A stretch of 64,000 nucleotides of DNA, from assembly GCA_010909165.1 (NCBI GenBank), contig VJWM01000019.1, positions 248,001-312,000 on the forward strand, read 5' to 3'. Below the pieces are notes generated by a model. It was not told the DNA's origin, searched no databases, and saw only the letters and a program-made list of their open reading frames with translations. The DNA is from Anthoceros angustus. Taxonomy: Eukaryota > Plantae > Anthocerotophyta. This document shows, piece by piece, positions 1 through 14,127 of the stretch; positions within the stretch are counted from its first letter, which is position 1, and every line of letters starts with the position of its first letter. Made by a program: the position numbers and the translations under genes.

Positions 1-590
1 TGGGGTTAACCAAACCATGAGCAACGGTAACCGAAAACCCCCAAGCCAACTTCCACCGGGGCCCCGTACAGGCAAACGGAGACGGGCGCCCCGTCCGGCG
101 CCACAGCCTCCAAACCCCGTCCCATCGACGGCAACGCACCCCGTTCGACGTAACGGCGAGTCAGCATCTCGTCCTTGCGGGTCGTCCCGTACACCCCATC
201 TTCCGCGTTCGCACCATGGCGGTGGTGGGCATGTTGTTCGGCGCGGACACTCATGACCCTTTGCGGTTCGCCGATCGCTTTCCAGCGGCTCGGTGATTTG
301 CGACCGTACGACTATTGCAGGTAGAGAGAGCAAAATCCAAAGCACAAAAGTTTAAATTTGAAAATGCAGCTATCCATCAATTCCCGCCAATTCAAACTAA
401 CCGCAGATGTTGATCAGTAGTTAGCATAAACCACCACAATATAACTAAAACACGCTAACCATGGTTGACAAAATTGCCTCCATGGTTACCATATTACGCC
501 TGCCTAGGTCGCCAACTCCCAACCACGGCCCAAAGCGTTGCGAGGATGCTTGTGGCAATTTTTTACAATTCATCCGCATCCATTTATAGT

Positions 591-3028
591 TTACTTACGG
601 GCTACCCCTAATTGCACTGACATCATGAGTCCCATGTTCGCCACATGACGACTTGGTGCGTCGTGCCCCACCTTCCAAACCAACATCGGTCTCACATTCC
701 GGGGCATACCTAGAGGAGGAAATCGAGGCTCCTTGTTTTTCTTCCGCTTGCTTCTATCTTCTGCGTCAAGCAAGACTCCGTTTATCTCTAGGGCCATTGA
801 CTAGTCTTCGCTTTAGGGAGCCTTTCTTTTGGCTGCGATAAGCACCAAAATCACCACAACATTATGTCATAGAAGCCCATAACCGCAAAGACACCGCATC
901 CACCGGGTTTTCTTTCACTCACCGCACTAATACCTCAAAACTAACCTTAGAATAATCTGTTGGATGCCTTCGGGCTGCAACATCAAAAATGGGGTGATTA
1001 GTCATCAAAACCCTCATACGTTTCCGATAGTGTAAACGGAGTCCAAGTGCATGCATTTCGTTCTAGTCCGGATTACCGAGTTCCGTGCAGTAGCCCGTGT
1101 TATCCTCCTGTTTTCACTATCCGCCAAAGTGAATGATGGTGTGGCCTGTAATGCCCTCCCCCGCTCACCATCGCAGTTCGAGATGGGCACATCGTCTCCT
1201 GCTGCCCGCCATCTGTGCCTCCACGGATCTTTGGTAGATCGTGATACAATTTGGGTCACCTGAGAACCCACCACCTGCCGTTGAGCGTCATGCACACATG
1301 AAATGAGAAGAACCCTTGGAAGAACTGAAATGGCTAGAAATGCACGTGTTCTACAAACCTGCCTCCAAATTGTTTTCATGCGTCTTCTTCAATTGCGCAT
1401 CCCTATAAGCTTGGATGGCATCAACACCATGCACGTTGCACCAGTCCTCTTCACCTTTTGTGGGAAGAACCCCCCACCGGGTCTTGAAGGCCTTGCGGAG
1501 GTCAGTGGCGCCACCCCGGCCATATGGATTGCACCCACCACCATCGTTCTTCTTCATCCGATCCTCCGTTGGCACTGGAGGCGAGGCCAAACACCATTCT
1601 TAGCGGTCCGGCTCTCGAACTCCAGGCCCGCACTTTTCGGTCCATGCCTCCTACATCACGGACCCAAGTCTCAAATCTCGATCATGGGTCCCTCCTTTCC
1701 GCATTTGCCTTGCCAGATATTCTCTTCAACACTTGGAAGTTCTTGGCCGAGCCAAACAGACGACTTGTGATGGATGAAATCTACATTGGTGGCCGTCGGG
1801 AAAGACCTGCACCCATCCACCATCTCGGCCTGAGCGAGACTAAATGTCGAGTGTATGGCTTCAACAATTTGACAACTCGAACTGACTCATTAACCCTTTT
1901 GTGGAACCCCGACTTGTCGATCGGGGTGAGGACGCCGAAAATTGCACACTCATCTGCATGTGCGCCCCTTGACAAGGTGGCTGCCTCACAGCTCAGACGA
2001 GTTGCCTCCAACAGCAACTTGTCACTCCCGTGCACCTTAATCACAGTCTTCAGCACATCCGTCAGTGTAAGAGTTGGCATAATGCTCAACAAAGCTTGCA
2101 CACAAGGCTCTGGTTCGGGCACTTTTCCTCCGACAGCCTCAAAACGCCTCCAAGTGATGGCCTCTAGGTCCTCCTCACCGACTTCCTCTCCCACGTCCCC
2201 ACCACCTACCCCCCGGTGTTGTGCCTCCTCGTAAGGGGAACCATCCTCACTGTCTTCATACTCTTGCGCCCAAGTTAGAGTCCTTCAACCCGCTCCCTCA
2301 TGTCTGACGGCATCTTCTCCCTCCCGTCTTCCAAAACACAAGACTCTTCCTGCCAGAAACAAGATTGGAGGATCATGAGTAGGGTCTGAGCCTGAAATGC
2401 GTGCACGTAAGTACTAGACGTTTCGGGATAGTACTGGGGTTCCACAACGCCTGCTGTCTCCCGTAGCGCCCCTCCGTCGTTGCCAGTCTGCATGCTCGTC
2501 CTCCAACGATGCCCCATTCGCAAATGCCCGGTTTGCGTGGTCTGCCGGTCGCGTTCCATGCACACCAATCGGGATGACACGCCTGGCGTGACAAGTCTGC
2601 ACACGCTCGTCCAGACTTCCGGCAAGCCCATTGCTTCCCTCTCCAGCCTGTGCCACGACCCCATCGTGGGTTTTTCCCGCCACCACCGCCACGTGAGCGG
2701 CCGGTGTACCAGACCAGTGTGATAGGCGGGGTATGACGACCGGGTTGTCAGATCCCAGTTCACCCACTGACATCTTGTCTGGCATATGTGCTGACAACGC
2801 CACGCTCGGTGACAATGCGTCAGTTCCGCGGCATGGCGACGAGCTTTCTAGATCCGCATGTTTGGTCGCAGCATAGTCGGGCCGCAGGAGAGTAACAGTG
2901 GCCTCTAAACTCCGACGTAGCTCTGCAGCCCGTGCACGCTTCTCTCGACCGTCTTGGGTGGAGGCGACCATGTCCGCAGCAGAGGCCTCTATGGGTGATT
3001 CATCTCCTCCCTTGCGGTCATCTCCCAT
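591..3028 (-). pseudogene. TnpA-like (ORF2) coding remnants of CACTA element A, frameshifted
   Basis: Fragment GCNPYGRGGATDLRKAFKTRWGVLPTKGEEDW (ORF 1351-1590) resembles the G-x-x-G...F...G-x-x-P-x-x-E motif of En/Spm second ORFs. The C-terminal piece QVVGS...FTLADSENRRI resembles the Tnp1/Transposase_23-type domain. It lies downstream of, and co-oriented with, the element A TnpD once element B is removed. Confidence 0.5.
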
Positions 3029-3355
3029 CTTCCTTCCTTAGAGATGGAAATGTAGACTCCACCTTCAACGCGGACAATGGACAATGGGCGACAGGCATCG
3101 GCAAGACATCGTGCATGCTTGCTTTATTAATCATGCGGTGAAGCATAAGAACTAGGCCCGAGCGTGAGGACAACTCAAGTGTAGCTACCTTCTATTCGGT
3201 GTACCTACACAAAATAAAGTCCGTGGATAGGCCTTCTTCTTGCATGAGTGTCTTGAGGATATGACAACATCGGCAAGTGCCATGCCGTCATCGCAGACTA
3301 CACTACTCCGACTCAAATGAAGACCGATCCCACCTAGCATGCACAGGAGTGCATA

Positions 3356-3620
3356 CCCTACTAGAAATGGCCCCCTATGTTACACTTTTTGTTAAGATTT
3401 GAACCCCCCCATGTTGCAATTATGTTGAAATCTTGGGGTCTTGTTACACTTATTTGGCCCCTTATTACGGATCGGGCTTGGTAACCAACCCTCCATCTTG
3501 TTACAATCGTTCTGATCTTGTTGCAATTTTGTTGCATTGTAGTGAGGCGGTATTTGGCCCTTTCAAAATTTCAACATATTTGCAACAACCAAAGTGTTAC
3601 ACCCTCTTATTCTGATTTTG
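3356..3620. repeat. Left TIR plus subterminal TGTTRCA motif cluster of element B
   Basis: TIR followed by repeated TGTTACA/TGTTGCA motifs in both orientations; the same motifs occur at 23725-23780. Confidence 0.75.
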
Positions 3621-3959
3621 CAGGCTTGGTACCGAACCTCCTTCCCATGTGGGTTTGCCATTATTGCTTTCATTCCTTTGTTTTTCCCCTGCCTTTATTG
3701 TTATGCGTGTACCAGACTATAAGTATATAATATGCCTTGGCTTCCAGGTACGTATTGCCCGATGTCATTACTCAAATTTATATACGATGCCTTTTCAAAT
3801 TCTGTACACGTACAAGTGGTATTCGTATTTGTCCACTCCGTTTTGCAATGCGGCCAAATTTCTGGCGTTGTTTCCACCCTATTCGCTGCAGTGCCTTTCA
3901 CGTCACTCGTATTTCGTGCCCTTGTGGGCGTCCCCCGTATAGGGTACTTGTTTTGGAAA

Positions 3960-6900
3960 CCCTTAGTCTACAAGAACAACAGAAGACGTAGTTTCGTGCA
4001 CCCTACAGATAACATGCCGGTTCTTTGCCGCATCCACATCCAAAATTGGCCGTCCTCCCTCAGCGCGCGGGATGAATCTACCGGCATCCGCATCCGCGGT
4101 GTACCGTGCTCCCTCGTCGCGAGGAATGAACGCAATCTCCATCCGCGACCTCGTGCTCCCTCCTCGCGGAGGGGTGAATTGGGGTTGTGGTTGGCATTCT
4201 CTGTTGCCCGCCCGTTCGTTTGGTGAAGGCCTACTCCTCGTCGTATGCAGGTGGGCTGCACCTCCCACCGATTACCGATTTTGCCCTTCCTTCCTCAAGC
4301 GGTGCTGGTTTTCCTTCCGTCTTTGCTGACTCGCGATTCCACTGTTCACGGATTTGCAGAACATATGACCACATGCCATTCCCATGGCCCTTGGCTGTAA
4401 GCACAAGCGGTGGCGAGTGCGATTGCAATTTGCGAGCTTACCTTCTCGGCCTTCTCTTTGTTTTGTTTCCGCCCACTTCCGCCTCGATTGCGTGCTTGTC
4501 ACCGTTCCTTGGGCCCCCTCGACCGTAACTCTTCCTTCCCCATCCGCCTTGCCGGGCATTCCCTTCCTTTCCTCTTAGGCCTCCTCCATCCTCCATAGGT
4601 TGCGTCACCTTTTGGAGCCCATGCGGTCCATGCTCTCGGCATCGACTCGGCCGGTATGTCGGGTACAAAGTTCGCAGGCGCGTTCACATCTCCATCCTCT
4701 TCCGCCACCTCCTGTTCTTCCTCATCGTCACCATGTCGTGGCGCCGTCGGCCCCATCCATTGGAGGCTGCTGGATCCCGTGAGATGTCTCATTTCATCTC
4801 GCGCCTCCATTCCACTGCGAGGCAACGTTTTTGGCACCATTGCGCACACATGTCGTCACCCCACGGTCCCCCCCTGCCCTCCATTGTCCATCCCGCCCAT
4901 CCTGCGCCACTACCCTTGATGTCCACGCATCGCCATTCCACGGATGTGTACAGCCCCATGTACAACTCACTTACGGTGGCGCCCCTCTCCCTACCATGTT
5001 CTTCGTTGCCCCGTTTTCCCGAGGCACCCATGCCCACCATGCCCCCCTCTCGATCATGGCCACCACTGTGTTACGCCACAACCACGGCCGTTCGTGGTGT
5101 CGGGACCACCACCTCGCCGCCCTCGCCATAGTCGGCGATGTCGATCGCTGCCCTGGCTGCCCCTTTCATCTTGCCCCACCGTTTCCTTCTCTCGCCGGTC
5201 GCACCCCTTTTTTGTTACATCATTTGGTGCTCCATGGCCTACCACCTGCCTTGATGTCCTGTCCTCCCATGGTCGATCGTTCACCTCGTGACGTCCCTCT
5301 CCATGTCGGGTTCCACGCCTTGTTGTCCCCTGCCATTCGTCCTTCCTTCCCGCACATTTGTGCGCGTTTTTCTCCACCACATGCTTGTGGCTCCCCTGCT
5401 GACTCGAATGCCTTCCGCCTCACATCTAGCGCCCCTCCCGTTTGAAGGATTGACCCATTCCACTATCCTCCTCCTTGGAAGGCCACGAGATCGGGATCCT
5501 TCTCCAACTCTATATCATTGACCTTGATCCTTTCCCGCGTTATCCGGCAATCTCACGCATCTCGTGGGTTCGTGCATACTTTGCCTCCCTCACACGTCTG
5601 AGGAACTCCGGCACCGAATCGCCCCTGTCGCGCGCCCATAGCTTCCATGTTTGTCGTTCCTCTAGCATGCCATACTCGTCATCAGGATACGTGCCATACC
5701 GCTTGTGAAACCGCAACACCCACTGTCCGACCTCCCTTTTCCCCACGGGTTTGGACCCATACCGCCATTTCGGCTAGTCTCTCCTTCGCTGCTATTTCGC
5801 TTGGATGGCTGAAACGGCCGTTCCTTTTCAGCTCGTGTCGTGCCCATGCTAAGGCATCTTCCCACTCTTCATCGTCCACCATGGAAGGTTTCCTATTCGG
5901 AGGTAGTTCCCCTTTTCCCTCTCTTCCAGCGTATAGCGCGGCATCCACATCGGCATTCGCGTCCGCGTCATTTGAGAGAAATGTCTACTTATGCACGACT
6001 TAGACTAAATCGGGAAGGCTTCCCACACACTTGATTAACCGGGCCTTCTCGCTTTTGGAACGTCCCTCCACCTTGTCGGTACCCAGTCGTTCACAACCTT
6101 TGTCTGACTAGCTCCGGCATTTCTTCTGTCTCCTTCGCTTAGCCCACCGAACAACGGTGCCCTGGCCTTTCACAACTCATCAATTGCGTTCCTCAGCCAT
6201 TTCACTCCATGCTTGTGCAGCAAAGCATTCACCAAGGCCTCGTTATCAACACCATTTACGAGGGCATTCACATCTATTGTGCCTGTCCTTCCCTGCCTTG
6301 GTTGATATGACACCTCCACCGCAACAAATTCCGCCCGCCATTCCCTTTCTAGGGCCTCTGCACCCGTCGGTCCTTCTGCTGTCCTCCCTCCCTCCGATCG
6401 TTGCACATGCATTACCTTTACTGTGCATTCGCATTTTCGTCCTCCTCTCTTACATCCAACTCCTCCGCGATGAGCGGGGTTGTTCTCCTCTTCCACTTGA
6501 TAGTTCCCATTCCCCCCTACTTGCCATCCATCGTCTTCGTGCACATCCAACTGCATTCACACAATGCACATGGAAATGACGTTCATCCCCGGATACCGGT
6601 CTATATGTCAGACACCGTACAATGTGTTGCGTGAGCGTCACCTGATATCATCTGTGTGCCACAACACACTAACCTGGTCCAGCATTTCGCTTTCTTGGTC
6701 CATGTCCTGCAGGCTCGGCCTGCATTGCTCCAATTCGTCGTCCGTCGGGGATGGAAGGTGCCAAGTTTCGACGTCATCGAACCTGAACCTACCTGTGCCC
6801 GCCATCGCGTGCTTCCCTCCTTCACGCTTTGTTGCCTCCTTTGCGATGGCGCCTCCTCCCACCGTGCTCGCCGATTGAGCCGGAAGGTGGATGGGGCGGA
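3960..6900 (-). pseudogene. TnpA-like (ORF2) coding remnants of element B
   Basis: Fragments KPSMVDDEEWEDALAWARHE, GPNPWGKG and FHKRYGTYPDDEYG (5540-5948) share the motif seen at 1351-1590. Downstream of TnpD on the same strand. Confidence 0.5.
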
Positions 6901-7399
6901 TGAGGAGGATAGGCAAGACGACCTACCCTCCTCATCCCTCCACCTTCCTACGGTCTCACATGTGCCGTCGTAGACGCCTCCCGATTTGGTAGGTTCGTCG
7001 GCCGCATACGGTCGACATCCTTGGCCACCTCTCAGTCTCACGCCATTTTACATGCATGCGTTGACCTTCCCTGCAATTTTTGGCTCCCTCTGTAGGCAAC
7101 CTTTTCCTTCCTTCGTCCCTCATGGCGGTATCGTGCACTCCGTCCCATAACGTGGCCTTAGATTTGAAACATATGAGCCATCCTTGGCGTCCTTCGAGGC
7201 AATTGCGAAACATGACGCGCGCGCGGACGCCGCTTCCTGCACTCATATCCCTTGTTCATTGACTTTACCACCGCCATGCAGCGTCACCAATGTGCATTCG
7301 AGGCATTTAGTGTTCGTCTTTGGCTTACGCTTTCGTTTCATATACGGAGGATTAATGCAGCAAGCCCGCCATATTATGGAGGTCGGCAAACCCGTCATG

Positions 7400-10300
7400 C
7401 GCGTCATCATCTCTACCCCAATTACGATCATTCCTATCGCCTCAATCCATGGGTTCCTACCCCTCCATCCCGTCTGTGCAGGCGCCACCGCCCACCCGAT
7501 GTTTTCATCCATCGCTCTGGATGTAGCATGCATTGGGTTACCCGTGAGGGCCACACAAATGGGCCATCGATGGAGCGCACTCTGTATGTGCAAAGTCTCT
7601 CCATGTTCACGGTCGAATCCGATTACGATGTCCGCAATGATGGCCTGGGTCCACTCGGCTCACACTCGTACCAGAACCTTGACATAATGAGCTTGTACTC
7701 CTCCCAGTGCACGCAAAATTTCCTGTATGTGACCATAAACACTCGCTCTCCTTCACAACCTTCATCTCCGCTCATTAAAATTTTGCGAGCACCGCTGCCC
7801 TTAGTGCTCCGTGCCGTCTATCCCTCTATAGTTCTAAGGTGGCTGCCTTTGTTCCACATATGCCGATAAGCTCGCCCATTCGTGGACCGTCCATGATAGC
7901 GCACTTCATCATCATAGCCGGGTGATTCTCCCATGCGTTGGCAGCCCTTCGCATGCGTAAACCTTGAAAGTTCGCCGGTCTCCACGTGAACCATACCTCG
8001 ACCTCTTCCTCGACATATCTAGAAAGCGGTGCATCACCTCCATGTGGTACAACACATAAGTGTGCGCTTGCGTGCCTCCACGGCATCCAATTTGTACGGC
8101 CTCCCAAAGACCGAGTACCTTCTCCCTTCTCGCCGCGCACTCCATAGCCCTCCAACGTGACCATAATAACGCGCAAAATGCCATCCCATAGTGCATGCTC
8201 TCCTCCTTCAAGTACCCCAACGCTATCGCCTCGGCCTCCGGCGGACAACCGCTCGTCCCAAGGTATCTTTCGACAGGTACATCCACCTCGTGTGCACCGG
8301 TCCGAGCCTACCTCGTCCACTAGATGGATTATCGGTGAGTCGATATATCAAACATTTTGGAGGAATTGCTTTTCCGGATCGCACATCACCCTCGCTGCCT
8401 CCTCTTTCATTGCTTGGATTTCATGGCGGTATTGTCCACGGCATCCAATTTCTGACCTCCCGGCCTACCTTCTCTCCGCTTCTCGCTGCTCGCACTCATA
8501 GCCCTCCAACGTGACCATAATAACGCCGCAAAATGCCATCCCATAGTGCATGCTCTCCTCCTTCAAGTACCCCAACTATCTTGGCCTCGGCCTCGCACTG
8601 CCGGACGATCCGCTTCCTCGTCCCAAGGTATCTTTCGGAGTACATCCACCTCGTGTGCACCGGTCGAAACCACGGCTACCTCGTCCACTAGATGGATTAT
8701 CGGTGAGTCGATATATCAAACATTTTGGAGGAATTGCTTTTCCGGATCGCACATCACCCTCTGCCTCCTCTTTCATTGCTTGGATTTCATGGCGGTATTG
8801 TCCTGGCAAATCCACTGCAGACCTAACTTGACCACCGCCTTGTACACATCGGTCTATGCACCCTCGGAGGACAATAGGGAAGACTACTTCCATCATTATG
8901 TGCCGATCATGGCACTTCAGCTAACCTTGCCGCTCGCGATTTTCGCAGCTATGTTAGATCCGCACCCGCTGGCGCCTTTATGCGTTTCATTTCGCAATAA
9001 CCCGTTTGATTCCTCTCGACCCGACATATGCCGGGGCAATGGCCATCCTCTCCTGCCATAACCACCCTTCCCTCCACTCGCTTCCATGTCCATCCGCGAG
9101 GCTATGTCATCTCGGTCTCCTCGTCAGTATGCCAAATGGCGGCGTTGTTTTCTCGGCGTGCATAACGTCCTTTGGTGCCCATTTCAGCAAAAACCGCCAA
9201 GATGTGGGAGGTCTACAAACAAGGCCGACCTTCGTCGGGTTCCAAACCGGCCTCGATGGCGCAGTCCGCCGGTCGCGTTCACTCGCGCCATATCTTCGAT
9301 GACATCGACGAAGATGGCGGGCGGTGGGGCCGATACTCGCCACTCCATTGTACCAGCCCGTCGTCCACCGTCCACCGTCCCGAAGCCACCTCCTAAAACC
9401 AGCATATATTTCTTTCTTCAAGTCCGAATACGTGAATCCAAGTCCTCCCAAAGAATCAACACATGCACGGGCCCCTCACTTGCAATCCCGTCAGGGTCCC
9501 AAGGCCTGGGTAATCTGCTATGACGTGCAAAATCGCTGCTCGTAGTTTGAAATGCCTGTTTGGATGGTTGACCGGTTTGGAGAAGTCTTCCGTGTCCATG
9601 CCTCTCCAAAGGTCCCGCAGTCCTCGATTAAAGGCGCCATAAAGACATCGAAATTCTGGCGATGCGAGCCCCGCACAATCAACGGCATAATCACATTCGC
9701 ATCCTTTGTGCTGGCCCATGGTGGCATATTGTGCACGAACAACAAAACCGGCCATATGGATGTGTTTGCGGCACTGGCCAAATGGATTGAAGCCATCATG
9801 CACAATGCAAACCTTACGCGTTGCTCTTCCCCAAAGCCGTCTACTCCATCAAGAGCTGTCCAAGCGGTGTGTCACCATGATGGTCATGTCCCGTCTGGCT
9901 CTGTTTCCCCACATACCATGTCATCATCTCTGTATGTGGCATTTGAAAGCGCCAGCGTGCCTTCAACGGAAAATGCCAAGACCTTCCGCGGTATTTCATC
10001 CTCCTCATCAAACCCTTCCCTAAACCGCGGTGTGTCGCATTCTGGGCAATGCGTGTAGTCGGCGTACTCCCCCCTAAATAAAACACAGTCCCGCTCACAG
10101 CAGTGGATTTTCTAGTACCTTGGCCCAAACATGTATAAGAGTGCCTTGGCCTCGTACATGTCTTTGGGCAGGCTGTTTACTGGTGGCAGAATATCGGTGC
10201 AATTAGCCGCAAAAGTCCTGTCATGGCGACGTCACTGATGTCATACATTGATTGCCAAGACAGCAATAAGAGTGTGGCGCTTAGCCTGCTTTCCTTCGAA

Positions 10301-10400
10301 ACATGCCCTTTGCGGATGTCGTACAAGGCGTTTCACACCCGCACCGTTTCTGGCATCGCTTGCCCTCCCGTTCTGGTTGCCGCCAACAACTCATCCATCG
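7400..10400 (-). pseudogene. TnpD transposase of element B (Transposase_21, DUF4218, DUF4216-like), frameshifted in this assembly
   Basis: Frame-stitched motifs LSATLLLLSWQSMYDISDVAM, LPKDMYEAKALL, KIHCCERDCVLFRGEYADYTHCPEC, DGFNPFG, SIWPVLLFVHNMPPW, DVFMAPLIED, LRAAILHVIADYPGLGTLTG, KDVMHAEK, IIHLVDEV and PVERYL...IALGYLKEESMHY. Confidence 0.9.
8078..8805. repeat. Imperfect tandem duplication, period ~360 bp, inside TnpD-B
   Basis: ccacggcatccaattt at ~8078 and ~8436; downstream sequences parallel with small indels. Confidence 0.85.
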
Positions 10401-10483
10401 TGTACCGGTGGGCAAGTCCTCACCATCCGCCTCCTCTTCCGAATTGTCTAATTCGCTATCACAATTAGCATCGCTTTACTGCT

Positions 10484-12203
10484 GGTGCCCTCGGACATAT
10501 GTGACACCGTGTCCGCGGGATGCATGGTGCCCACCATACGGTTGCCCATGCCCATCGCCCCGCAATTATTGCATGGGCGGCCATTAACCACAACAATTGA
10601 ACCATATGGAGCAGCGATCGTCAAGGTCACAATGGTCCGTATCACCGCCGCTTGCATTACTTGGCGAAGGCAATGAACTCGAGACGTGAGTCGAATACGG
10701 CCGCCTCCGCGCACTCTCGGCAAGGCGTAACATGTACACATCGCATCTCGTGGCATTCTCCCGCTGCGTGACCATGGATGACGCGGAAGAAGAACTGGCG
10801 GAGGAAGAACTTCTTAAAATGGAAGCGCGTTTCCGCACTCAACAACAAGCCCATTCGAACAAAAGAAGTCTCGGCAAGCAAAACGCTTTCCACCATGGAC
10901 CGCGTGGACTCACGACTCGACCTCGTTGCCTCGGGAACAGGAGCTCCGAGGATGCGTCGCAGCTAAAGCATCCGCACTATGTGTCGACAATGGAAGCCTC
11001 CGACAAGACCCTATGGTGTTCTCACTGATCAAGCGTTGCGAGACATCACCATGTCTCGGCGCCAAATGCCACCGCCGGACCACCCCGAGCCATCGAGTGG
11101 CATGGAACGGACTTGTGGGTCCGTGTTTGGATTACCGTCAGCTCCGCGAGTGCCGGGGAAGACGAGTTCCGGTAGCAGAGATGTCTTCCGGATGGACGCC
11201 CTCGGTCACCACCAATTGCCTTCCGGGGCGACGATGGGATAGAAAGGGATGACGGTCGGTCGATATCGAGGGTTGGGGACAACGGTCGAACGGTTCGCGC
11301 TCGTGGGTGACTCCACTGCAACATTCAATGTCATATGTTTGGCGGTGCCCTCGGACATATGTGACACCGTGTCCGTGGGATGCATGGTGCCCACCATACG
11401 GTTGCCCATGCCCATCGTCCCCGCAATTATTGCATGGGCGGCCGCCATTAACCACAACAATTGAACCATATGGAGCCGATCGTCAAGGTCACAATGGTCC
11501 GTATCACCGCCGCTTGCATTACTTGGCGAAGGCAATGAACTCGAGACGTGAGTGGAATACGGCCCCGCGACGCTGCACGCACTCTCAAGGCAACATGTAC
11601 ACGATCATTCGTGGCATTCTCCCGCTGCGTGACCTGTGGATGACGCGGAAGAAGAATCGGGAGGAAGAACTTCATTAAAATGGAAGCGTTCCGACTTCAA
11701 ACAATAAGCCCATTCGAATAAAAAGAAGTCTCAAGGCGTAATGCTTCACCATGGATGACGTGGACTCACTCGACCGACCGTTGCCTCGGGAACAGGAGCT
11801 CCGAGGATGCGTCGCAGAGCTAAAGCATCCGCTATGTGTCGACAATGGAAGCCTCCGACAAGACCCTATGGTGTTCTCACGATCAAGCGTTGCGAGACAT
11901 CACCGATGTCTCACGACGCCAAATGCCACCGCCGATTCCCCCGAGCCATCGAGTGGCATGGAACGGACTTGTGGGTCCGTGTTTGGATTACCGTCAGCCC
12001 CGCAGCAGAGTGCTGTGGAAGACGAGTTCAACGCAGACCGAGATGTCTTCCGGATGGACGCCTCGGCCGCCACACCAATTCGCCTTCCGGGGCGATGGGA
12101 TAGAAAGGGATGACGGTCATCGATATCGAGGGTTGGGGACAACGGGAACGGTCACCGCCGTGGGTGACTCCACTGTGCAACATTCAATGTCATATGTTTG
12201 GCG
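10484..12203. repeat. Imperfect tandem duplication, period ~860 bp; may hold the TnpD N-terminal Cys-rich domain
   Basis: ggtgccctcggacatatgtgacacc at ~10484 and ~11344. The minus strand shows a PCRECA/RVHCL fragment. Confidence 0.8.
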
Positions 12204-14127
12204 ATCCGCACGACATTGACGGTGTCATGCCTTGTGTCAAGAATGCGGTGAAAGGCAAAACATTTCGGGCGCCACCATCGCTAGTGTGCATAACCTCCTT
12301 TATCTCGCACTTTGTCTACGGCGAGAAAGCGTGGAGCTCATGCTCGAAATCTCGTAGAGCTCCCAAGCGCGAAAACAAGCTAACTGACACCGCACCCAAT
12401 GGCTGCAAATCGCGTCCCATGCCGCGTCCTCCCTCTCCTGTGTCCATGCCTCAACTGGATCTTCATCCACAGCAGCGCATCCGATGTGAACCCTCCACAT
12501 CTGCAGCCTCATTCTCAAAAACAGACGACTTAGATCGCACAACATCTCCGACTTGCACGGCCTTTGCAAGAATTTCGTTCGGTCTCCGTGTGCCTCTTCT
12601 TCCTGGAGTCCCCTCGGCCGCTGAGGGGTTGCTGCGCCCGCAGGCAGCCCCGCATCCTGCGCATTCAACCACGCCGATTTCCTCTTCCTTCGCCTCACCA
12701 GGACCGATGGCCTCGACGTCGCCTCGCGGCTCCCTTGGCCTTCGCTTCCCTTTGGACCTCCCTTCGTCCTTTCTTTCTCGCTGCGGATATGAACTCCTTC
12801 CTTTCCTAACGGGTCCATGTCGCATCGCGACACACATTCCAGACTCGGTTCCTTAGAGCGGTGACCTTACGCTTTTGGGCAATAGGTGTGAATTAGTAGC
12901 CTTTGTTTAATTCATGTCCATCCTCACGCTGACCGAGCACAATCGGAAATTGAAGGCAATCATGACCCACGTAACACGGAAATGTCGCGGTGCCGTGCAG
13001 AATGCCCGGCATGGAGGGGCACCACTCCATACCCCTCCATTCCGCCAACCGCACCTCACAGCCCGTTTCTTTATTTCCAGCCACACCGTGTACAGATTCC
13101 TGTTCGGAAAGGACATTCCCGGCAAGGCGTTCACATTACCTGCCGCACCTCGACCTCCGAGGTGTACACCTCCTCCCTCCACCAGCATGTACCTATGAAG
13201 AGACTGTGACCGGGAGCGAGGACCGTGCATACCAGTCCTTGATGGCAACAGACGGAGAGCAACCCTTGGTCAGTCTTCGGGCAATGGACGGAGAGCAACC
13301 TTCCGTCCATCGTCCTGATGGCCATCGTCGGTGACCGTGACTGCCGTCCAATCCTTCATGGCCATACTCGGTGCCTATCTATAGGAGCCCACAACCTCCG
13401 CACACACCTGCAATGTTGGAAGTAAGATAGTTGAGCACGGAAGGGAAAAGGCGGCCGCATGCAGGAACCAAAAACTATTGAACGCAATGAGTGAAAAGGG
13501 GTGAATCCCAGGCCGCGACACCTTGGGCCGGCACCTGGGTCATGGACGCAGTTTCCACACACACAAACTAACCCCACGGCCTGAGATCCGAAGCAGGGCT
13601 GGTGGTCGAGACACGAACTCCAAGGCGTTGGGAGGCTTCCACTTGGCCAGTGGAACGGGGGTTCCAAAAAAGGGCGAGGATACACACACAAGCCACCGGG
13701 TCCTTGACGGCCATCGACAGTTCGTGGAGGTGTCCAAATGTGCAAGCCGGTGTATGCCCAACCCATTCAAGATGTAGGAACGCGGAAGTCATACGATCGC
13801 CTCGGCGTCACATCCTGCCGTGGACACTAGGGACGAGGGCTCGGGCATACTGCCGCCAAGGGGCGGGGGGGGCGGAGGGGTGGGGAGGAGGAACGGTGGA
13901 GACGCGGGTGGGGAGGGGTGGAGGGGAGTGATGTGGGGTTCACGGTAGGCCTCAAACCGCAGGGAGGAGACTTAAGCAAGAGCTGGAGATTTTCACAAGT
14001 GGGTTCGTAGTTAAAGCAAATCTCGGAGAAGAGCCGATTTCTACACGCAATCGTGGCCTCCGGAACATCGGTTTACGGTTGGGAGAATCTGCGATATCGA
14101 CCGTCTGCTCGACAAGCTTGCGAGGGC

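Noticed and set aside
3301-3310. CACTACTCCG as the left end of a CACTA element
   Set aside because: No match to the element A TIR beyond CACTACT and no matching TSD. It lies within the interrupted host coding sequence; the real boundary is 3356.
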